The notes under the pieces were generated by a model, which was not told the origin of the DNA, ran no database searches, and saw only the letters and a program-made list of their open reading frames with translations. Positions 27,296 to 37,390 of a stretch of DNA of 64,000 bases are shown here, piece by piece. Within the stretch, counting starts at the first letter, position 1, and each line of letters starts with the position of its first letter. Origin of the DNA: Patescibacteria group bacterium (GTDB taxonomy: Bacteria > Patescibacteriota > SICC01); assembly GCA_040902515.1 (NCBI GenBank), contig JBBDXB010000006.1, positions 194,219 to 258,218 of the forward strand. Direction: 5' to 3'. Position numbers and translations under genes: made by a program.

Positions 27296-27705
27296 TCAGG
27301 GATTTCGGTATACAAGAACCGAGAAAGGGGCCTCGGGTGGGGTCCGCTCATCGACGAGCTCCGACACAACGAAGAGCAGGATGAGGCCCCCGATGCAGGT
27401 GCCGACGAGTCCCATCAACTTCAGGACCCAGGGATCCGTGAGAATCTGGCCGACCCAAACGACCCGATGATCAAGTATGAACTCCCCGATGGCCATGAAG
27501 GTTGTCGCGATGCCCACGACAGCCGCCACCGCCACCATGCCGACGATGAACGGAGCAACGACGTTCGTCACCACGTTCACCATCCAGGCGAAGACGTTCC
27601 AGATCGAGTTTCGGATCGACCTCTTGCCAAACAACTTGTACGCCCCCACGGCGACCGCATAGGCGTACACGCCGAGAAGGGCGGACCCGGCTCAGGGCTC
27701 AGCAT
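27296..27705 (-). pseudogene. P1: frameshifted, or error-containing, paralog of a small membrane-protein family (WDTFAWMVN core)
   Basis: The conserved leader plus ATG at 27703-27705 opens a 42-aa frame (MLSPEPGPPFSACT...); the homologous membrane domain (ALLGVYAYAVAVGAYKLFGKRSIRNSIWNVFAWMVNVVTNVVAPFIVGM...) is in another frame (ORF 27296..27670, GTG). The frame switch falls in the GC homopolymer stretch near 27675-27690. Confidence 0.5.
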
Positions 27706-28145
27706 AACTTCCTTTCTGTCGAAGGTCCCTGGCGTTTCTCGTTCGAGTACTTCAGGACTGAGAAGTTCCAGACCTCCCAACCATCGAGCCAGTAAGCGAC
27801 CTCAGAACAAAGGCTAAGGACGCTGAAGAAGAGGCCGAAACCCGCAAAGACAGCCAAGTAACCCCAGGGGTCGGCGTAAAATTCACCCAATGTGGTGAAC
27901 TCCTGGTGAATCGCGAGATCTACGACGCTCATCAGGCCCAGTGCTCCGAAAACCCCGATCATGAGAACCCAGAAGGTTATATAGAGCGTCGGCACAATGA
28001 CGTTCGCCGCCGCGTTAACCATCCAAGCGAAGGTGTCCCAGGCCGCCTCCCGAAATTCTTTGCTGAAAAGCAGCAGTCCTGCGAGAATCGCGAGAATGAA
28101 CAGCACGGGACCGGTCGGCCACTGCACGACGTCCAGTACATCCAT
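27699..28145 (-). CDS. P2: small membrane protein, paralog of P1 and P3
   Basis: Start trimmed to MDVLDVVQWPTGPVLFILAILAGLLLFSKEFREAAWDTFAWMVNAAANVIVPTLYITFWVLMIGV...; conserved leader ...ACCUUCGACAGAAAGGAAGUC-AUG; its reading frame runs through the P1 leader, so the stop overlaps the P1 ATG. Confidence 0.6.
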   Translation of the reverse strand: MDVLDVVQWPTGPVLFILAILAGLLLFSKEFREAAWDTFAWMVNAAANVIVPTLYITFWVLMIGVFGALGLMSVVDLAIHQEFTTLGEFYADPWGYLAVFAGFGLFFSVLSLCSEVAYWLDGWEVWNFSVLKYSNEKRQGPSTERKLC

Positions 28146-28261
28146 GACTTCCTTTCTGTCGAAGGTGCGATCGCTAACGAGCAAACACCAAGCCTGGAAT
28201 CGCTAGCCCACAATCGTACCCTTGATTGTACTCGTGCGGTACCGGGCTGAGGAAAACGCCT

Positions 28262-28321
28262 GAAGAAAAAACGCCCGGCGAATGTCGGCTGTGTGATGAG
28301 CACAGTGATATTCGCCGGGCG
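28262..28321 (-). terminator. intrinsic terminator after P3
   Basis: Minus-strand CGCCCGGCGAAU...AUUCGCCGGGCG followed by UUUUUUCUUC. Confidence 0.65.
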
Positions 28322-28358
28322 CAGTTACCGCTGAACCCGCAAGGGTTTCCCTTGGCGC

Positions 28359-28799
28359 TCAGTCGGGTTGAGAACCGAAAGCATGAGACAACGCCAGGGC
28401 GAACAGTGCGGCAGTGGCTATCAGGAGCGTTCCCAGGAGCCAATTCGCGAGCCAACCGCCGGTGTCCCAGTCGCTACCGGCGAGACTTTGCCCCAGCAGG
28501 TACCCCATTCCCAGGGCTACGGCCGAGCAGACGAGGGCGACGGACAGTCGCCACGAAAACCTCCGTCGCGCCGTGCGCTGCTGGTGTACCCTGAGCTCAT
28601 TGGCACTCAGGGTGTGGCCGCAGTCGATGCACCAGGGCTGCTCCTCGCGACCGGCATAACCATCGATAGTGCGGACGTCCCCACCGCCACGCTCGAGGCG
28701 CCGTGCTACGTCCTTGCTAATCGTGGTGGTCGTGGGATGAGCGCACGGTTGTGCGCCTCTGGCCCGGGTCTCCCGGAGAACCGCCCGATCGATACCCAT
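28359..28799 (-). CDS. P3: membrane protein with an N-terminal Cys/His cluster (zinc-ribbon-like), paralogous core to P1 and P2
   Basis: 146 aa; PCAH...WCIDCGH cluster, then TM helices containing SDWDTGGWLANWLLGTLLIATAA (compare P2 AWDTFAWMVNAAANVIVPTLYI); same leader GACAGAAAGGAAC...AUG. Confidence 0.55.
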   Translation of the reverse strand: MGIDRAVLRETRARGAQPCAHPTTTTISKDVARRLERGGGDVRTIDGYAGREEQPWCIDCGHTLSANELRVHQQRTARRRFSWRLSVALVCSAVALGMGYLLGQSLAGSDWDTGGWLANWLLGTLLIATAALFALALSHAFGSQPD

Positions 28800-28853
28800 T
28801 CAGTGTTCCTTTCTGTCGAAGGTGCGTTCGCTAGTCGAGACTAACAGGTCATT

Positions 28854-30929
28854 TTATTCCGACTCATCGGTATCCACCAGCACCTGGCGCGGCTTGGCGC
28901 CCTCGCCGGGGCCGATCACGCCGTTCTCCTCGAGCGCGTCGATCAGCCGGGCGGCCCGGCCGTAGCCGATCCGGAGTCGCCGCTGCAGGTATGACGTCGA
29001 GGCCTTCTTCGCCCGGACCACCTCCGCCTTGGCCTCCTCGTACATCGGATCGTCGGAACCCTCGCCGTCCCCGCCGCTCTCGGCTCCGGCCGCCGGACGC
29101 TCCGTCACCGATTCCTCGTATACCGGCTTGCCCTTGCCCTTCAGGAAGTCGGTCAGCTGGTTCGCCTCGCGGGTCTCGACGTACGCCCCCTGTACCCGGA
29201 CCGGCTGCGGCGTGCTCGCCGTCATCATCAACGAGTCGCCTTTGCCAAGCAGCTTATCCGCGCCACCGGAATCCAGAATCACCCGCGAGTCCACCAGCGA
29301 GCTCACCGCGAACGCGATCCGGCTCGGGAAATTCGCCTTGATCACGCCGGTGATCACGTTCGTGCTCGGGCGCTGCGTCGCGATGATCAGGTGGATTCCG
29401 GTCGCCCGCGCCAGCTGCGCGATTCGCGTGACGGCGCCCTCCACCGCCTTGCCCGAGACCTGCATCAGGTCCGCCAGCTCGTCGATCACGATCACCAGGT
29501 ACGGCATCTCCTCCTTCTTGTGCGCCTTGTTGTATTCGATGATGTTCCGCGCGCCAGCCTCCTGGAACACCTGGTAACGGCGTTCCATCTCGGACACCAC
29601 CCACTTCAGCGCGTTGACCACCTTCGGCGGGTCGACGATCACCGGGGCAAGCAGGTGCGGGATGTCGTTGTAGTTGGTAAGTTCCACGCGTTTCGGGTCG
29701 ACCAGCAACAAGCGCAGGTGCTTCGGTGAGTGCGTGAAGAGCAGGCTCATCAGGATCGCGTTGATCGCCACGGACTTCCCCGAACCGGTCTGTCCGGCGA
29801 TCAGGAGGTGTGGCATCGCCGAGAGGTCCGTTACCACCGGCTGGCCGGACACGTCGAGGCCGAGCGCCAGCGGCAGCGCGCCGCCCTTCTTGAACTGATT
29901 CGTCTCGAAGAGCTGGCGCAGCCGTACCGTCGCGGCCTTCCGGTTCGGCACCTCCACGCCGACCGACGACTTGCCGGGAATCGGTGCCTGGATCCGGATC
30001 GGATGGGCCGCCAGGGCCAGGGCCAGGTCGTTGGTGCGCTGCGTGATCTCGGTGACCTTCACGCCGGGTGCCGGCCGGAGCTCGAACTGCGTGACGGTCG
30101 GACCGATCCGGGCACCCTCGACCTTCGCTTCGATGTTGAAGTTCGCGAGCGTTCGCTCGACGATCGTCGCCATGTGCCGGGTATCGCCGGCATCCGCCTC
30201 CGAGGTGTCGTCCGAGAGCAGCGAGAGCGGGGGCGGTTCCCAGGCCGCGTCCACGACCCGCGGCGTGAAATCCGCCGCCGGCGCGGGATCCCCGGCCGAG
30301 CGCGGTTTCGGCGCCGGAGGCGCCGCCGAAGAGCGGACCGACTCACGGCGCGGGAGAACGGCGGGTTCTGAGCGCTGGGGAATCACCGAATCGTCGGCGC
30401 GCTTACGGTTGGTCATCACGAGCAGCCCTACCGCGAACAGCGCCGCGAAGACGATCAGCGTCACCAGACCGCCGACCGCGTAGGCCGCGGTCTCGGTCAA
30501 CGCGTAGCCGAGAAGACCGCCGAACTCGCCGCGCAGCGCGACTTCGAGCTCGTCCACTTTCACGAAGAGATGCAGCAATGCGGCCAGCGCGACGAGCGAT
30601 ATCACGAATCCGACGACCGTATGCCGCGGGAGCGACTCATGCCGGTACAGCCGGTAACCGGCGTACGCCGCGGCCGGCGGCAGCAGCCAGGCCGAGACGC
30701 CGATCGCCTGCGTGCCCCAAAGCGCCAACGCGGAGCCGGCGGGACCACCGGTCCCTATCAAGGCGAACGCGAGTACCGCCGCGAAAGCCAGCAGCAGCAC
30801 GCCGGTCACCCGGCGGGCCGTTTCCGGCTCCAGGAGCGGCTGCCTCGGTTCCGGCTTCGTGCGGCGGGATCGCGAGCGGGCCGGCTTCCTGCTTCGTGTA
30901 CGTTTTGCGGTTCTCCGTGCCATGGGCAT
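28854..30929 (-). CDS. ftsK: DNA translocase FtsK/SpoIIIE
   Basis: 691 aa; N-terminal TM helices, Pro-rich linker, motor domain with Walker A GQTGSGKSV, C-terminal gamma domain. Confidence 0.9.
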   Translation of the reverse strand: MPMARRTAKRTRSRKPARSRSRRTKPEPRQPLLEPETARRVTGVLLLAFAAVLAFALIGTGGPAGSALALWGTQAIGVSAWLLPPAAAYAGYRLYRHESLPRHTVVGFVISLVALAALLHLFVKVDELEVALRGEFGGLLGYALTETAAYAVGGLVTLIVFAALFAVGLLVMTNRKRADDSVIPQRSEPAVLPRRESVRSSAAPPAPKPRSAGDPAPAADFTPRVVDAAWEPPPLSLLSDDTSEADAGDTRHMATIVERTLANFNIEAKVEGARIGPTVTQFELRPAPGVKVTEITQRTNDLALALAAHPIRIQAPIPGKSSVGVEVPNRKAATVRLRQLFETNQFKKGGALPLALGLDVSGQPVVTDLSAMPHLLIAGQTGSGKSVAINAILMSLLFTHSPKHLRLLLVDPKRVELTNYNDIPHLLAPVIVDPPKVVNALKWVVSEMERRYQVFQEAGARNIIEYNKAHKKEEMPYLVIVIDELADLMQVSGKAVEGAVTRIAQLARATGIHLIIATQRPSTNVITGVIKANFPSRIAFAVSSLVDSRVILDSGGADKLLGKGDSLMMTASTPQPVRVQGAYVETREANQLTDFLKGKGKPVYEESVTERPAAGAESGGDGEGSDDPMYEEAKAEVVRAKKASTSYLQRRLRIGYGRAARLIDALEENGVIGPGEGAKPRQVLVDTDESE

Positions 30930-30995
30930 TCCCTACCATGGTAGCCGAAAGCGTCACGATGGCCGAACGGTCGGCGCCCGCGGCGGCCAGGGAGC

Positions 30996-32639
30996 CTAGT
31001 AGTCGTCCGCGGAGAGCGGGTGACGGGCACGGAGGATCAGCAGCCGGGCCTCGGGCAGCTTCAGCGCGAAGGCGAGCATTAGGTAGACGCTGGCGCCGAC
31101 CAGTGAGGCCAACGACGCCTGGATCAGGAAGAAGGCCACGGTCTGGGTGCTTTGGATGTCCTCGATCAGGTAGGCCACCCCGTACAGCGTGCCGTAGATC
31201 GCCGCGCCGGCCACGAGTGAACAGAACACGATCCGGGTGATGGCCGACAGCATCGCCCGATCCTCGATCGCCGGGATCTTGCCGGAAAGGAAGAAGAACA
31301 GCAGCGCCAGCTGGATGATCGACGCGAACGAGAACGCGACCGCCAGGCCGACCACCCCGAGCTGCGCGGCCAGCGGGAACGCCAGGGATACGTTCACGAG
31401 CATCGAGATACCGGCGATCACTACCGGCGTCTTGGTGTTCCGGATCGCGTAGAACGCCTTCGAGAGCAGCGGGATCAGCGCCTGGGCGAACAGGCTCACG
31501 GCCAGGATACCGAGGATGCTGGTCACGAACCGCGTGTCCTCGAAGTCGAACTGCCCGGCGCCGTAGACCAGGCGGACGATCTGGGCGCGGAGCAGCATGA
31601 TCGCGATGCTCACCGGGATGATCACGAAAAGGATCTTCCGGATCACCGTCACCAGGCTCTCCACGTAGAGGCCCGTCTGCCTGGTCGAGGCCGCTTTGGC
31701 CAATACCGGGAAGACGGCCGTGGCGAAGCTCGCACCGACCACCGAGACCGGCACCATCGAAAGGCTGGTCGCGAGGAAGAATTGTGAGAGTGCGCCGTGC
31801 TGGAGCGTGGAGGCGACGATCGTCTCCACCAGGTAGTTGATCTGGAGGATCCCTGCGCCGATCGTGGTCGGGATCATCAGCCAGAAGATACGGCGTACGC
31901 CGGGATGGCGGAGATGCAGCGACGGCCGGAACGAGAAGCCGGTGCGGAGCCCGGCGATCAGCTGGATCAGCATCTGGAGGAACGCGCCGGCCGCGACACC
32001 CCAGGCAAGGTAGATCAGGCCCAGCTCCGGCGCTACGATCGCACCCCCGATGATGCCGAGGTTATAGAGGAGCGGCGCGGTCGCATAGGCGAGGAACCGC
32101 TGGTGCGAGTGGAGGACGCTCCCGAAGATGCCGCCGATCCCGAAGAAGATCGGCGAAAGGAGCATCACGCGGGTGAGGTCGGTGACCTGGCCGAGTTGCT
32201 CGCCGGTGAAGCCGGGCGCCACGAGCGGCGCTATCTGCGGCGCGAAAATCCAGGCGAGGCCCGCCGTGACGAGCAGCAGGATGGTCGCCGCGGTCAGTAC
32301 TGTCGATCCGACTCGGTCGGCGACCCGCTTCTGTCTCTTCGCCAGGTAGCCGGCGAAGACAGGAATGAACGCGGCCGAGATCGCGCCGAAGATCAGGACG
32401 TTGAACAGGAAGTCGGGGATCCGGAACGCGGCGAAGTAGACGTCGAGCTCCGCCGAGGCACCGAAGCCGGTGGCCAGGATGCGGTCGCGGACCAGGGCCA
32501 GAAGGCGGCTCACGAAGTACGCGATGCCGAGTAGCGCCGCCGCGCCGCCGACGCTGGCGGAAAACCCGAAGAACCGCCGGATCGTACTCCGGACCTGTCG
32601 GCTGACGTGATTAGCGGTTTGTAGTGTTGATGTGACCAT
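30996..32639 (-). CDS. murJ: lipid II flippase MurJ (MviN)
   Basis: 547 aa, 14 TM helices, MOP-superfamily MurJ pattern. Confidence 0.85.
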   Translation of the reverse strand: MVTSTLQTANHVSRQVRSTIRRFFGFSASVGGAAALLGIAYFVSRLLALVRDRILATGFGASAELDVYFAAFRIPDFLFNVLIFGAISAAFIPVFAGYLAKRQKRVADRVGSTVLTAATILLLVTAGLAWIFAPQIAPLVAPGFTGEQLGQVTDLTRVMLLSPIFFGIGGIFGSVLHSHQRFLAYATAPLLYNLGIIGGAIVAPELGLIYLAWGVAAGAFLQMLIQLIAGLRTGFSFRPSLHLRHPGVRRIFWLMIPTTIGAGILQINYLVETIVASTLQHGALSQFFLATSLSMVPVSVVGASFATAVFPVLAKAASTRQTGLYVESLVTVIRKILFVIIPVSIAIMLLRAQIVRLVYGAGQFDFEDTRFVTSILGILAVSLFAQALIPLLSKAFYAIRNTKTPVVIAGISMLVNVSLAFPLAAQLGVVGLAVAFSFASIIQLALLFFFLSGKIPAIEDRAMLSAITRIVFCSLVAGAAIYGTLYGVAYLIEDIQSTQTVAFFLIQASLASLVGASVYLMLAFALKLPEARLLILRARHPLSADDY

Positions 32640-32752
32640 GCGCTCCCGGGGTCATCACAAGTATACATTCTGTCTAAAACGCCTTTACATAGCTATTTTC
32701 ATATGATACGGTCGCACGTTCGCGATACAACCGACCAAGGGGGTCATTAACA

Positions 32753-33103
32753 ATGAGAATGCGAATAGTGGTGCTCGTCGTGCTGGCCCTGATGGCCTCC
32801 TTCGTGACGACCGGATGTGGTGACGATCCCGATGAGCTTGAGACACGGATCGGCAAGATCGCCGATACGCTAGAGCGTGCCTGCACCGCCAAGCTTGCGA
32901 ATAATCGCAAGGCGGTGATCAAGGCGCGCAAAGACTACGCCAAACAGGCACTCAGCTACAACGGTTTCTGGGGTGCTGCAGACGAGTACGATCGGGCATC
33001 GTTCCCCCGATCCTTCGAGTCGTTCGACAGGGAGGTGCAATTCATCTGCCCGGGATCTTTTCCCACGCCGGTGCTGCCTCCGCCTTCACGAAAGAACGAC
33101 TGA
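32753..33103 (+). CDS. small hypothetical lipoprotein
   Basis: 116 aa; signal peptide plus lipobox VTTGC; AAGGGGG SD. Confidence 0.5.
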   Translation: MRMRIVVLVVLALMASFVTTGCGDDPDELETRIGKIADTLERACTAKLANNRKAVIKARKDYAKQALSYNGFWGAADEYDRASFPRSFESFDREVQFICPGSFPTPVLPPPSRKND

Positions 33104-33207
33104 CGAACACCGATCAGCTTGCGATCATTCGGCTACCAGCCATCCGGCCTGTCCAGCAAGCATCTCATCACGAGATTGGACAGGCCTTTTTTCTTGCTCC
33201 GGTGTCA

Positions 33208-35085
33208 CTATCGTACCCGGCGGGCTGCTTTCCGCTTGGCGGCGCCCTTCGCTTTCTTCGCTTCCTTCATCCGCGGAGCGTCGGGAAAAAGCTTGTCGTA
33301 TTCCGCGCCCTCGATCGTCTCCTCCTTGATCAGCTTCTCGGCGAGCATGTCCAGCTTCTTGCGATGTTTGCGGATGGTGGACTGTGCCATGGCATAGCCG
33401 GCATCGATCAGTTTCTTCACCTCGGCGTCGATCTCCGCCGCGACTTTCTCGGAGTAATGCTTCTGCTCATGGAGCTCGCGTCCGAGGAAGACCATCTCCT
33501 CCTTCTCCCGGTAGGCGACCGGGCCGAGCTTGTCGCTCATGCCGTAATCGACGACCATCCGGCGGGCAAGGTCGGTCGCCTTCTGGATGTCGCTGGACGC
33601 GCCGGTGGTAATTTCCTTGAAGACCTCCCGCTCCGCGGCGTTACCGGCCAGCATTGCCGCGAGCTGGTCTTCGAAGTCCGGCTTGGCATTGAGCAGGCGG
33701 TCCTCGTCCGGCAGGTACCAGGTGTAACCGCCGGCCGACCCGCGGCTGACAATACTCACCTTGTGCACCGGGTCGGTCCGCGGGAGGTAGGTCGCGACCA
33801 GCGCGTGTCCCGCCTCGTGGTAGGCGGTGACCCGCTTTTCACGGTCGCTCATCACGCGGCTCCGGCGTTCGGGACCGAGCATGACCTTCTCGATGCTCGC
33901 GGTCAGCTCATCCTGGCCGACCTTCTTCTTGTCGCGTCGGGCCGTCAGGATCGCCGCTTCGTTGAAGAGGTTCTTGAGATCCGCCCCGGCGAACCCGGGC
34001 GTCTGTTTGGCGACGGTCTGCAGGTCCAAGCCCTTCTCGAGGGGCTTGCCCTTGGCATGGACCTCCAGGATCTGCTTGCGTTCCTTCACGTCCGGGCGGT
34101 CCAGGAGGACCCGCCGGTCGAACCGGCCGGGCCGGAGCAGCGCCGGGTCGAGCACGTCGGGCCGGTTGGTCGCCGCCATCACGATGACATTGGTGCCCTG
34201 CTCGAAGCCGTCCATCTCGGTGAGGATCTGGTTGAGCGTCTGCTCACGTTCGTCATGGCTGCCGCCGAGACCGGCGCCACGCTGGCGGCCGACCGCGTCG
34301 ATCTCATCCACGAAGATGATGCAGGGCGCGTTCCGTTTGGCCTTGGCGAAGAGGTCCCGGACCCGGCTGGCACCGACGCCCACGAACATCTCCACGAACT
34401 CCGAGCCGGAGATCGAGAAGAACGGCACGTCCGCCTCTCCGGCGACCGCCCGGGCCAGCAGGGTCTTGCCGGTACCCGGGGGACCCACCAGTAGGACGCC
34501 CTTGGGAATCTCTGCGCCGAGCTGCGAGAACTTGGCGGGGTACTTCAGGAACTCGACGACCTCCTCAAGCTCCACCTTGGCCTCCGATACCCCGGCCACG
34601 TCCTTGAACGTCACCTTCGACTTCCGCTCGGCGTTGAAGAGCCGCGCCTTGCTCCGCCCGAACGAAAGCGCCTGGTTGTTGCCGGACTGCGCTTGCCGGA
34701 GCATGAAGAACAGGAAGAAGCCGATCAGCAGCAGCGGTATCATGAAGCTCGCCAGGTTGATCCAGACGGAATAGTCGGATGCGCTCTCTTCCTCGATCTC
34801 GACCCGGGCCAACTGGCTTTCCGTCACGCCGAAGCTGGCGAAGTATTCGGGCAGCGATTGGCCGGTATACTGCGATTTCACCGTTGAACCGTCGGTCAGC
34901 TTGACCGTCAGTTCACGTCCGCTGGTTTCGATACGATCCGCCTGCCCGGTCTTCACCTGTTCGACGACCCGCGTAATCGGCACCTCCTCGGTAGCGGTCT
35001 GGCCCGCCCCGGAAGCCGAGTACACCAGGGCGACGATCATCACCGCCCCGATCAGGTAAAACAGACTGCGCAGGCTTCGATTCAT
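33208..35085 (-). CDS. ftsH: ATP-dependent zinc metalloprotease FtsH
   Basis: 625 aa; two N-terminal TMs, AAA module ([11 protein letters not shown]), HEAGHAL zinc site. Confidence 0.95.
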   Translation of the reverse strand: MNRSLRSLFYLIGAVMIVALVYSASGAGQTATEEVPITRVVEQVKTGQADRIETSGRELTVKLTDGSTVKSQYTGQSLPEYFASFGVTESQLARVEIEEESASDYSVWINLASFMIPLLLIGFFLFFMLRQAQSGNNQALSFGRSKARLFNAERKSKVTFKDVAGVSEAKVELEEVVEFLKYPAKFSQLGAEIPKGVLLVGPPGTGKTLLARAVAGEADVPFFSISGSEFVEMFVGVGASRVRDLFAKAKRNAPCIIFVDEIDAVGRQRGAGLGGSHDEREQTLNQILTEMDGFEQGTNVIVMAATNRPDVLDPALLRPGRFDRRVLLDRPDVKERKQILEVHAKGKPLEKGLDLQTVAKQTPGFAGADLKNLFNEAAILTARRDKKKVGQDELTASIEKVMLGPERRSRVMSDREKRVTAYHEAGHALVATYLPRTDPVHKVSIVSRGSAGGYTWYLPDEDRLLNAKPDFEDQLAAMLAGNAAEREVFKEITTGASSDIQKATDLARRMVVDYGMSDKLGPVAYREKEEMVFLGRELHEQKHYSEKVAAEIDAEVKKLIDAGYAMAQSTIRKHRKKLDMLAEKLIKEETIEGAEYDKLFPDAPRMKEAKKAKGAAKRKAARRVR

Positions 35086-35174
35086 ACTTTCCTAGCGTAC
35101 CGCAGGCGCTGGCGTGCTGCACTGGAACATGCCCCTGAGGATACTGCTGGGGCGAAAAGAACCTGCACTGCCGA

Positions 35175-35597
35175 TCACTCCGGTTCGGTTACGGCAAGGT
35201 GTTCGAGATTCGGAGACCCGCCCGGATGGACCACGTCGAACAAAGCGTCATACGCAGGACTGCCGTCCACGCCACGCCCGCTGCCGACGAATCCGATTTG
35301 CGGCGGTACCGGCTGTCGTACGTCCACGAGATGGCCGAACGTATCGAACGGCAGGGTTACGGTTTCCGCGCCGTCCGGTCCGTAGTAAGACACCGTCAAG
35401 GTCTCCCAGCCATCGGCCTTCCCGAACCCGGCGAACTCGATCGGAACTACCTGGACGGCTCCTGACTCGCTCTCCGGATCCCGCACCCAGAGGAAGAGCT
35501 CCGCTTCTCGCTCCGCATGCTCGGGCAGCACCATTCCATATTGCCCCAGCAAATCCGGGTGCTTCATGGCTAATTCGAATGCATGTTCCTCGCTCAT
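35175..35597 (-). CDS. hypothetical protein
   Basis: Start trimmed to MSEEHAFELAMKHPDLLGQYGM...; acidic soluble protein of about 140 aa. Confidence 0.4.
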   Translation of the reverse strand: MSEEHAFELAMKHPDLLGQYGMVLPEHAEREAELFLWVRDPESESGAVQVVPIEFAGFGKADGWETLTVSYYGPDGAETVTLPFDTFGHLVDVRQPVPPQIGFVGSGRGVDGSPAYDALFDVVHPGGSPNLEHLAVTEPE

Positions 35598-35745
35598 AGG
35601 ACTGCTCACTATAGCATGTAGGGCAACGCACAGAGGCGCCAAACAAAGAAGCACCCAGAAAGGGTGCTGCCGGGGCGAAAAGAATCTCAGATGAGATTAA
35701 AGAACTCGTGGTTCCCCAGTTCAGTGCTACGAATTCGCTACCTCC

Positions 35746-35967
35746 TTACATGTCCGGCTTTCTAGTACACGCAGCTCGCGACCCACGGATTTCGGCTAGG
35801 GTCGCGCCTCCGACAACAAGGAAAAAACCAGCGGCAAGGAAAACAACGGGGAGGGCGCCGAACGTCGACTCGGCGAGTACGACGGAAAAAGGGGCGCAGA
35901 TCATCAGCAGAAAACCCAGCACCACGACGTACGCACTTCTCCCCAGGATCTCGACAAGGACACGCAT
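35746..35967 (-). CDS. small membrane protein (73 aa)
   Basis: Internal ATG with AAGGAG SD 7 nt upstream; MRVLVEILGRSAYVVVLGFLLMICAPF...; two TM helices. Confidence 0.5.
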   Translation of the reverse strand: MRVLVEILGRSAYVVVLGFLLMICAPFSVVLAESTFGALPVVFLAAGFFLVVGGATLAEIRGSRAACTRKPDM

Positions 35968-36034
35968 CGCATAGCTCCTTAAGGTGCGAGGGCAGAAAGA
36001 CCTTTGCATGGTACCGCCTTGAACCCAACAATTG

Positions 36035-37390
36035 CTACAGAAGCCGCAGCACGACCCGGGCATCGCCCCGTTTCGGTACGAATCGCCGGTCCGCGCGGTA
36101 GCCGGCAACCCAAACGACTTCTCCGCGGCGGCCCCGGCCGCCCGGCTTCACGACCACCGGCACCCAAGGCCGCTCGTCGCGCGGCACCTTGGCATCGGTG
36201 AGCAGGTCCGAGACGAGCTTGCTGCCGCGCATGCCGACCGGCTTGAACCGGTCGCCTGCCCGCGGTGGCCGTACGATCAGCCGCGATCCTGTCGCCGGAG
36301 CGCCCACGACCGCCGTCCGGTTCGTATGCTCCGGCCGGGCGCGCGAGACCGTCTTCGCCGACACGACCCTGTCTCCGAACCGGATTTCGCCGGGAACCCG
36401 CAACGTCACCTGCTTCGGCGGAGCGGTCGGGGCACCCGTACGGAGGATGATCTCATCATACTGCCGGGTCGCCGTCGCGCCACGCGGCAAGTGTGCCCGG
36501 CTGCCGGTCTGCCGGCCGAGCAGGTCGTCGAGCTGCTCGAAGTGCCGGAGCGCGAAACCCCGGAGACCCCCGGCGAACAGCCGGAGCGCCTCGCGCCACA
36601 CCAGGTGCCGGACCGCCCGGTCCAGCTTCAGCAGTTTCCGACGGGACAGTCCCCGTTCCGTACCGGTGACCTTCGTGGTCACCTGGGTAAGCTCCCGCGC
36701 CGCCAGCAGCCGGACCACCTCATACTCGTTCGAGAACACGCGCATCGACTGGCTGACCGTCTCGACGAGCTGGGGATTGATCTTCCGGAGGCTCCGGACG
36801 ACCTGATGGCGGATCCGGTTCCGGGCATGCCGGACGCTCCGGTTCGACGGATCACGACGGTAGCGGAGCTTCCGGCGGCGGACGTAGCGGGCCAGGTCTT
36901 TCCGTGGCACGTGAAGGAGCGGACGAAGGATCCGGCCGGACAGCAGCTGCATGCCGGTCAGGCCGGTCAGGCCGGTGCCGCGGGTGAGGTGAAGGAAGAG
37001 CGTCTCGACCTGGTCGTCGGCCTGGTGGGCCGTGACGATGAAGTCGGCATTCCGGCGTTTCCGGACACGCTCGAGCCAGCGGTACCGGGCCTCCCGGGCG
37101 CGGGCTTCCTCGTTCGGGCCGGGCTTCAGCGCCAGCTTCGTCGCGGCAAAGGGAAGACCGTGTCCCGCCGCGAGCTCCCCTACGAACTTCGCATCCCCGG
37201 CGCTCCCGCGCCGGAGGCCATGGTCGGCATGAGCCACGACGAGCTTCAGCTCCAGCGCGTCCCGCAATCCGACCAGCAGGTCGAGCAAGGCTGCCGAGTC
37301 GAGGCCGCCGGAGACCGCGACGATCAGCTTCTTACCGGCGAACGGCCGGAGCGTCTCGCGCAGTCTCGATTCCAGCGCACCGCGCGGCAT
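36035..37390 (-). CDS. tilS: tRNA(Ile)-lysidine synthetase TilS
   Basis: Start trimmed to MPRGALESRLRETLRPFAGKKLIVAVSGGLDSAALLDLL (PP-loop SGGxDS); about 451 aa with a C-terminal tRNA-binding region; the 578-aa ORF-track version has a junk N-terminus. Confidence 0.85.
   Translation of the reverse strand: MPRGALESRLRETLRPFAGKKLIVAVSGGLDSAALLDLLVGLRDALELKLVVAHADHGLRRGSAGDAKFVGELAAGHGLPFAATKLALKPGPNEEARAREARYRWLERVRKRRNADFIVTAHQADDQVETLFLHLTRGTGLTGLTGMQLLSGRILRPLLHVPRKDLARYVRRRKLRYRRDPSNRSVRHARNRIRHQVVRSLRKINPQLVETVSQSMRVFSNEYEVVRLLAARELTQVTTKVTGTERGLSRRKLLKLDRAVRHLVWREALRLFAGGLRGFALRHFEQLDDLLGRQTGSRAHLPRGATATRQYDEIILRTGAPTAPPKQVTLRVPGEIRFGDRVVSAKTVSRARPEHTNRTAVVGAPATGSRLIVRPPRAGDRFKPVGMRGSKLVSDLLTDAKVPRDERPWVPVVVKPGGRGRRGEVVWVAGYRADRRFVPKRGDARVVLRLL

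Noticed and set aside
28291-28300. GUGAUGAG in the loop of the P3 terminator resembling a hammerhead core
   Set aside because: Lacks the C3-U4 and GAAA elements; only a loop sequence of a terminator hairpin
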